A DNA stretch of 64,000 bases from a virus: positions 1-64,000 of the IMG/VR virus record IMGVR_UViG_3300032235_000647, one strand, 5' to 3'. A program made the position numbers and the translations under genes. Shown piece after piece: positions 58,799 through 64,000 of the stretch (position 1 is the stretch's first letter; the number at the start of each line of letters is the position of its first letter). A model generated the notes under the pieces. It worked only from the letters and a program-made list of their open reading frames with translations. It made no database searches and was not told the origin of the DNA.

Positions 58799-60415
58799 TT
58801 ATACTAAAGCTAAATCTTTAACATAAATCTTACCATAGAATTCAGGACGAACCATCTTCTTAGCGTAACGAGTCATTACCCCGCGTCTTGGAGTAAAGTT
58901 AGTTGGATCGTACACTAATGGAGTCATAATCAATGGAACGTAAGGAGCGTATACAGCACCAGTCTCAAGGAAGTTAGAACCTTTGAAACCTAACAAAATC
59001 TCGTTAGATGTCATGTAAGGGTTCTTGTAAACAGTATATCTGTTTGCCATTGAACCAACTTGAGAAACACCAGCAGCAAACTGCATAGCATCTTTATCAG
59101 CATTTACCATGAATCCTGGGATTGATTCCAAGATAGTAGCTACATCTGGAGATACTACAACGAAGTTAGCACCACCACGAAGAGTTAATTGGTGAATCTT
59201 GTTAGATACTTTGTTCAACTTAGCACCAAGAGTTTGGAACCAAGTGTTCTTAGTGTAAGCAGCAGCGTTAGTACCAGCTACCCAAGTAGAACCATTCCAC
59301 TCTTCACCCAATGTTGCTGACCAGTACTCAGTAGTCAAAGCGTTAGCCTTCAACATATCAAGGATTTCAAGGTCAATCTCCAAAGAGATGTACTCTGACA
59401 ACATTGAAGTTAATTCAGCTTCTGCATCGATTGAGTGGTAAGCGTTCAAATCTTGAGCAAGTTCAGGAGTCCAAACTGCCTTCAACTTACGAGTCTTGGC
59501 TACGATAGCCTCAGAACGAAGTTCCAAATCAACTTCAGGAATACCTAAATCAGTTGCTGGTTCAGTTGGGTTAGCATCTTCGAAATCACCTCTTGTGTTA
59601 GCAGTTGGCTGCTTAGCATAAGTAATAGCGATTGAAGAAGTTGCGTTAGTTAAAGAAGTAACTTTTGCATAGAATACTGCAGAAGTTCCAGATAAATCAG
59701 AGTGAGCTGGGTAGAAAGTATCAGCTGCAGAGAATGCAGATGAAGAGATGTAAAATGCCTTAACACCTTCTAAATCAGCAGAAGTAAAGTTACCAGCCTG
59801 AGGGATAGTAATTTTAGCCAAAGTAGAGTTAGCTACTGAAGATGACAAAGAAGCATCAAATCCAACTTCTAACCAAGATGCAGTTGCAACAGTATAAGAA
59901 CCAGAAGCAATAGTTGCAGCTGATTCGTTGATAGTGTATGCAAATCTACCATCACCATAAAGACCGTTTACAGCAGCCTTAGTTCTACCGAAGTCACCAT
60001 TGAATGCTGATGTACCATTACCACCGAAAAGTGATTTTCCAGAGAATGCAGGATTAGAGGCTACAGCAGTACCATACTTGAAATCAAGATAGAAAATAAG
60101 ACCAGATGGAAGGTTCATTGGTTGAACTGAAACGAATTCTTTCGCTGCAATTTCACCAAAGATTCTTCTTACCAATGGAAGGGCTACGCCAGACCATTCT
60201 TCAGAACCTGCAGAGGTTCCGGTAGCAGTAGCTTCGTCAAGCAATTGTTTTGCTTGGTTTTCCAAAAGAACTGCGATTTGAGATTGCTCTCTAGATTTTA
60301 AACCTTCAAGAAGTCCAGTTTTTGCCCACTTAGCTTGTAACTGACGAGTTTCAGCCAACATTACTTGTTGTGGGTTCTTTCCTTCCATTAGTTTAGATAA
60401 ATTAAAATTTGCCAT
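58799..60415 (-). CDS. major capsid protein (T4 gp23-like)
   Basis: LPLVRR, VSVQPM..PSGLIF, AKTRKLKA.WTPELAQDL.A.H.IDAEAEL, YAPYVPL, TRYA. Confidence 0.97.
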   Translation of the reverse strand: MANFNLSKLMEGKNPQQVMLAETRQLQAKWAKTGLLEGLKSREQSQIAVLLENQAKQLLDEATATGTSAGSEEWSGVALPLVRRIFGEIAAKEFVSVQPMNLPSGLIFYLDFKYGTAVASNPAFSGKSLFGGNGTSAFNGDFGRTKAAVNGLYGDGRFAYTINESAATIASGSYTVATASWLEVGFDASLSSSVANSTLAKITIPQAGNFTSADLEGVKAFYISSSAFSAADTFYPAHSDLSGTSAVFYAKVTSLTNATSSIAITYAKQPTANTRGDFEDANPTEPATDLGIPEVDLELRSEAIVAKTRKLKAVWTPELAQDLNAYHSIDAEAELTSMLSEYISLEIDLEILDMLKANALTTEYWSATLGEEWNGSTWVAGTNAAAYTKNTWFQTLGAKLNKVSNKIHQLTLRGGANFVVVSPDVATILESIPGFMVNADKDAMQFAAGVSQVGSMANRYTVYKNPYMTSNEILLGFKGSNFLETGAVYAPYVPLIMTPLVYDPTNFTPRRGVMTRYAKKMVRPEFYGKIYVKDLALV

Positions 60416-60439
60416 TTTTATTGTCTCCTAATGTTTTGT

Positions 60440-61528
60440 TTATTTAATATTTGCTAATTGTTTGAATCTTTCAGCTAAAGCATTGCTTTCAGAAATAATC
60501 TCCTTCTTAGGAGCAGTTGAAGCAACTGGCTTAGATGCAAATGATTCGGTTAATTTGGTTTGTTTTACTTTTTTAGATGTACCACCCATTTTAAGTGATT
60601 CAGCTAAAGTAGAGAATACTAGTTTTACTTCTCTAACATTACCAGTTCTGTCTAATGTTTCAACAACTTTGTGCTTTTGCTCATTTGTCAAATCATAAGA
60701 ACGGAATAATTTGTTAGTGTAAAGTAATTTAGCGTTCAATAAGTTTACTTCATTAATGGTTTTCTTTAATGATTTGATTACTTTGTAAGCTTCTTCAAGT
60801 TCGGCTTCTTTTTCAGCCATTTCAGCTGCCATTTCTTCACCGTTTTCTTCTTCTTCAGAAACTTCTTCGTCATCACCATATCCCATTTCTCTCAAGATTT
60901 CGTCTAAATCGATTCCATCTGCTGCAGGCATTTCTTCTTCAGATTCTTCTTCATGCATTTCTTCGTCATCCTCTTCGTTCATTTCGTCTTCGGATTCTTC
61001 TTCGTGCATTTCTTCTTCCTCTTCTTCATGCATTTCTTCTTCACCTTCTTCTTCAAGTTCAGATTCCAATTCTCTGATGATTTCTGCTAAATCGAATTCA
61101 TCTTCGTCTTCTTCCTCTTCTTCAGGTAAATAAGATTGGGTTTCACCCGGTACTTCATCCTCGTCACCTTCAGATACAACATCATAGTCTTCTTCTTCTT
61201 TGCCTACTTCTGCTGTTTCTACTTCGGTATCAGGATTTCCTTTTGCTAATTCTGATGAGCTGTTAGCATCATCTGCTGGTTGCTTATTATCGCCAGTTCC
61301 AATATCAGATGCATCTTGATCTGGAGCTTCGCTTCCATCTGAATACTCTTCGTTTACTTCCTCTTCGTCATCCATATCTTCCATTTCTGCCTGGATTCTT
61401 CTGGATAAAGCGGCTTGTAATCTTGGAGCAAATGCTTCTTCTAGTGCGATTTTGGCGTTTGCAATTGCAGTTTCTCTAACGGCTTTGGCATCAGCAATAG
61501 CTTCTTTCAATAATTTTGAATTTGCCAT
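60440..61528 (-). CDS. prohead core scaffold protein (gp22-like)
   Basis: Start reassigned to MANSKLLKEAIADAKA (AGGAAGG SD); very acidic; directly upstream of MCP. Confidence 0.8.
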   Translation of the reverse strand: MANSKLLKEAIADAKAVRETAIANAKIALEEAFAPRLQAALSRRIQAEMEDMDDEEEVNEEYSDGSEAPDQDASDIGTGDNKQPADDANSSSELAKGNPDTEVETAEVGKEEEDYDVVSEGDEDEVPGETQSYLPEEEEEDEDEFDLAEIIRELESELEEEGEEEMHEEEEEEMHEEESEDEMNEEDDEEMHEEESEEEMPAADGIDLDEILREMGYGDDEEVSEEEENGEEMAAEMAEKEAELEEAYKVIKSLKKTINEVNLLNAKLLYTNKLFRSYDLTNEQKHKVVETLDRTGNVREVKLVFSTLAESLKMGGTSKKVKQTKLTESFASKPVASTAPKKEIISESNALAERFKQLANIK

Positions 61529-61750
61529 TTTTTGACCTTCCTTTTGTTTTTTGTCCGTGAAATTATTAGGAGAATTCCAATGTGGGGTTGATTTAAGGTC
61601 GGTTGTTCGGTCACCACTTAATAAAGGGTATTCATTAACCAACTTTTTAATAAAAATTCACATTAATGGTGAATTAATTATAAATAAATATATAATATGA
61701 AAATTAAACCTATAATTTTCTATATAAAATATATATTTTTTGTAAAAAAA

Positions 61751-61999
61751 TTACTTTTTATTCTTTTTACCACTATTATACTCACCACTTGCCATTCGTT
61801 CCAACATAACTTTTCTTTGGTTTTCGCGAATAGCCTTTAATTTAGTAGTTCGTCTAACAGTTTTTGGTTTTGTAAATTCTTTTCTATCTCTCAATTCAAG
61901 AAGATGTCCTGAATCGTTTACTTTCTTTTTAAAAACCTTGAGTGCCTTTGCAATATCTCCGTTTTTAACTATAACCTTAATTAGTGCTGTTTTTGCCAT
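61751..61999 (-). CDS. rpsU: ribosomal protein bS21
   Basis: VIVKNGDIAKALKVFKKKV..SG.L.ELR.RKEFTKPK..RR fits the S21 pattern. Confidence 0.9.
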   Translation of the reverse strand: MAKTALIKVIVKNGDIAKALKVFKKKVNDSGHLLELRDRKEFTKPKTVRRTTKLKAIRENQRKVMLERMASGEYNSGKKNKK

Positions 62000-62042
62000 T
62001 TATATGAAAATTAATTTAATATAAGTATTCTTTTTTTATTTT

Positions 62043-62384
62043 TTAAGAACCTTTTCCTGTTCTAGATTTTTTACCACCAGTATGTGTAGATACATTTATT
62101 GGTTTTTTTCCTTGGCCTGGTGATTCGGAACCTCCTCTACCTGTCTTGTTTTGTGCTGCTCTTTTTCTACGAGTTGCAGATTCTTTTTCTTTTTTACTCA
62201 TAGTTTTTGCTTTTGCAGCAGGGACACACTTTGCATATCCACTCTTTTCTCCGCTCGTTCCACAAGGAGGATGTTTTCCACCAACTTTTTTACCAATATT
62301 AACCCACTTGGATTTGAACCAATTACGAAGGTCTTCATTGGTGGTTTGTTGAGATATTTCTTGTAGAATTTGATTGAGTTTCAT
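62043..62384 (-). CDS. basic head-associated hypothetical protein
   Basis: EDLRNWFKSKWVNIG..PCG...AKCVP motif; N-terminal ILQE. Confidence 0.75.
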   Translation of the reverse strand: MKLNQILQEISQQTTNEDLRNWFKSKWVNIGKKVGGKHPPCGTSGEKSGYAKCVPAAKAKTMSKKEKESATRRKRAAQNKTGRGGSESPGQGKKPINVSTHTGGKKSRTGKGS

Positions 62385-62539
62385 TAGTCCTTACATTTTT
62401 TCCAACCACCACCCTTACCTTTGTAGTTTTTTGCAGCCCATCCATTTGCATAAGCAGAAGGATATACATCAAACTTCTTTTTTGCTGCTGCTTTGGATGC
62501 AGACCATTTTTCAGGGTCAGTTGGGCAATTCTTTTCCAT
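62384..62539 (-). CDS. small basic domain (F.VYPSAYANGW..K.YK..GG.W), standalone or frameshift-fused to the upstream gene
   Basis: Manual: MEKNCPTDPEKWSASKAAAKKKFDVYPSAYANGWAAKNYKGKGGGWKKCKD; frame is open back to the A10 run at 62579-62588. Confidence 0.7.
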   Translation of the reverse strand: MEKNCPTDPEKWSASKAAAKKKFDVYPSAYANGWAAKNYKGKGGGWKKCKD

Positions 62540-62568
62540 CAATTTTTGGACTTCTTCACCTAATCTAA

Positions 62569-63216
62569 TTAATTCAGATTTTTTTTTTCGTCTAGTTTAG
62601 ATTCTAACTTAGTTCTTATTTTATTAGTAACTCTATTCAATTCTTTTTTATCAATACCTAGTGCATCCAAAACTCTACCCATTACTTGTAATTTTTGTGG
62701 ATATGTTAGTTTCTTTGCATCAAGTATATCTAACGCCTTTTGTAATTTGAGTCTTACATCACCGGGAATTGGTGCCTTATTAACATCTTCACCTGCTTCG
62801 GATATGGATTCTCTGATTCCTAATCTTTTTTTCATTTCGTCTTCAGTAATTTCTCCCATCTTGTAATATCTATTAAGAATATGACCCATATCTTCATACA
62901 ATCCGTGTAATCTCTGGTCTAATGAATTAGCTTCAGTTGCACACTTATCAAACTCTTTACCTAACTTATCTAATTCATTCAAGTTTCGTTTGATAGTCAC
63001 TTTATCAAACCAGTCATCACTTTCACCTAACAATAAAGTTTTTGCAGCTTCGGTAATTCCACCTAAAACTTCTGCAACTTCGGTAATATCGGATTTTCTA
63101 TCCATCATTTCTTGATATTTGTTATATGTAGAAATGATTTCAAGGAAGTGTTTCTTCACTTGAGGTGATAATGTTCTAGGTTCTTCGTTTTCTTTTAGTA
63201 ATTTAGTTAATTTCAT
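62569..63216 (-). CDS. head-region helical protein
   Basis: DWFDKVTIKRN...LYEDMGHILNRYY; AGGAG SD. Confidence 0.75.
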   Translation of the reverse strand: MKLTKLLKENEEPRTLSPQVKKHFLEIISTYNKYQEMMDRKSDITEVAEVLGGITEAAKTLLLGESDDWFDKVTIKRNLNELDKLGKEFDKCATEANSLDQRLHGLYEDMGHILNRYYKMGEITEDEMKKRLGIRESISEAGEDVNKAPIPGDVRLKLQKALDILDAKKLTYPQKLQVMGRVLDALGIDKKELNRVTNKIRTKLESKLDEKKNLN

Positions 63217-63235
63217 TAGTATATTCTCCTATATG

Positions 63236-63487
63236 TTAATAAATACCAGGTCGGTCACCTTTTTTCATGGTATCTGCCCAAGTTTGAAACATTTTTTTAA
63301 TATCTGCTGGTAATTGTTTATCTCTTATCGTTAAAACTCCATCTTTACTGATATGGGCAATTATTTTATAGTCACCATTTTTTTCTTCGGCTCTATTCCA
63401 AATAGTTAAACCATTACCCATCCATCCCGAACCGATATCGTATTTTTTTGTTTCTTTAAGAATTGAAGTTAAACGAGTTGATTTCAT
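63236..63487 (-). CDS. head-region hypothetical protein
   Basis: GxGxMGNGLTIWNR...YKIIAHIS; AGGAG SD. Confidence 0.7.
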   Translation of the reverse strand: MKSTRLTSILKETKKYDIGSGWMGNGLTIWNRAEEKNGDYKIIAHISKDGVLTIRDKQLPADIKKMFQTWADTMKKGDRPGIY

Positions 63488-63499
63488 TAGTATAATCTC

Positions 63500-64000
63500 C
63501 TATCTAAATTTATTAATCAAGGATCTAAAACGAGATCCAAGTGAACCTTTTTTTGATTTATCAGCATCCGATTCTCTGTCACGATTTTGAGTAGGTGGCG
63601 GAGGAGGAGGCGGTGGCGGTGGAATTGAACCTGCTGGTCTTGGTTTCACACCTGGTGCACTTCCACTCTTTGGAATCGGTGGAGGTGGAGGTGGAGGAAG
63701 TTTACGAGCAGGTGCTGCAGCCTTTGGTGCTACCGTAGGTGGAACTTTAACCGAAGGTTTAGTATCCCACTTACTATTAGGTGCAACTGCTTTTGAAGAA
63801 TCCCATCCACTTGGTGCATTTTTTATCCAATCTGGCTCTTCCCATGCTCCTCCTTTTGAAGTTGTAGGTGGAGGAGTTTTCAAAGATGGTTTTCCACTAG
63901 GTGGTGGAGGTGGAGGTGGCGGTGGAACCGCACCTTTTGGTCTTACACCAGGAGGTGTTCCAACAGATTTTCCACTAGGTGGAGCAATAACTGGTGGTTT
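63500..64000 (-). CDS. proline-rich protein, C-terminal part
   Basis: Frame is open to the window edge; three runs of 7-9 prolines. Confidence 0.7.
   Translation of the reverse strand, partial: KPPVIAPPSGKSVGTPPGVRPKGAVPPPPPPPPPSGKPSLKTPPPTTSKGGAWEEPDWIKNAPSGWDSSKAVAPNSKWDTKPSVKVPPTVAPKAAAPARKLPPPPPPPIPKSGSAPGVKPRPAGSIPPPPPPPPPPTQNRDRESDADKSKKGSLGSRFRSLINKFR

Noticed and set aside
61529-61642. N-terminal extension of the scaffold ORF in the track
   Set aside because: SD spacing and protein character support the ATG at 61528; the upstream part is better read as leader.
213-62568. All plus-strand ORFs in the track, and short alternate-frame minus ORFs (8683, 17750, 30261, 56106)
   Set aside because: They are shadows inside longer, motif-supported minus-strand genes and show no recognisable motifs.
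1-64000. Stop-codon recoding (alternative genetic code)
   Set aside because: Core genes are full length in the standard code, and TAA, TGA and TAG all appear as apparent true stops.
1-64000. tRNA, rRNA or IS elements
   Set aside because: I saw no cloverleaf/T-loop signature in the intergenic gaps and no transposase-like ORF; tRNAscan would be needed to exclude tRNAs formally.

Overview
AT-rich (roughly 30% GC by eye) segment of a large T4-like myovirus. Every credible gene is on the minus strand. In transcription order (right to left) it holds: small head-associated proteins, ribosomal protein bS21, prohead scaffold, major capsid protein, two HNH-type endonucleases, a PKD/LRR pair, an island of tiny early genes, neck/terminator proteins, about 17 kb of Ser/Gly/Thr-rich tail fibres (two with S74 chaperones), a glycosyltransferase, a Hint-domain protein, tail sheath, tube, tail chaperone, tape measure, baseplate proteins, a PhyH-type dioxygenase, a second early island, a short family-A DNA polymerase, a NucA-type nuclease, and more fibre/adhesin genes (beta-helix, C1q, LamG, fibrinogen-like). 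TTTG-N19-20-TAnnTT(T/A)G promoters and bS21 point to a Bacteroidota host. The most notable signals are: (1) a two-class expression grammar, in which early genes have host-type promoters and SD-less AACCCCT leaders while late genes have a TATTTATA motif and often AGGAG Shine-Dalgarno sites, alongside a phage bS21 apparently lacking the anti-SD-sequestering Tyr; (2) a +1/-2 frameshift in the tail chaperone; (3) a possible -1 frameshift at an A10 run; (4) a structured ncRNA candidate with anti-SD-like motifs; (5) a non-canonical Hint protein next to a glycosyltransferase. All calls were made by eye from motifs; no searches were run.
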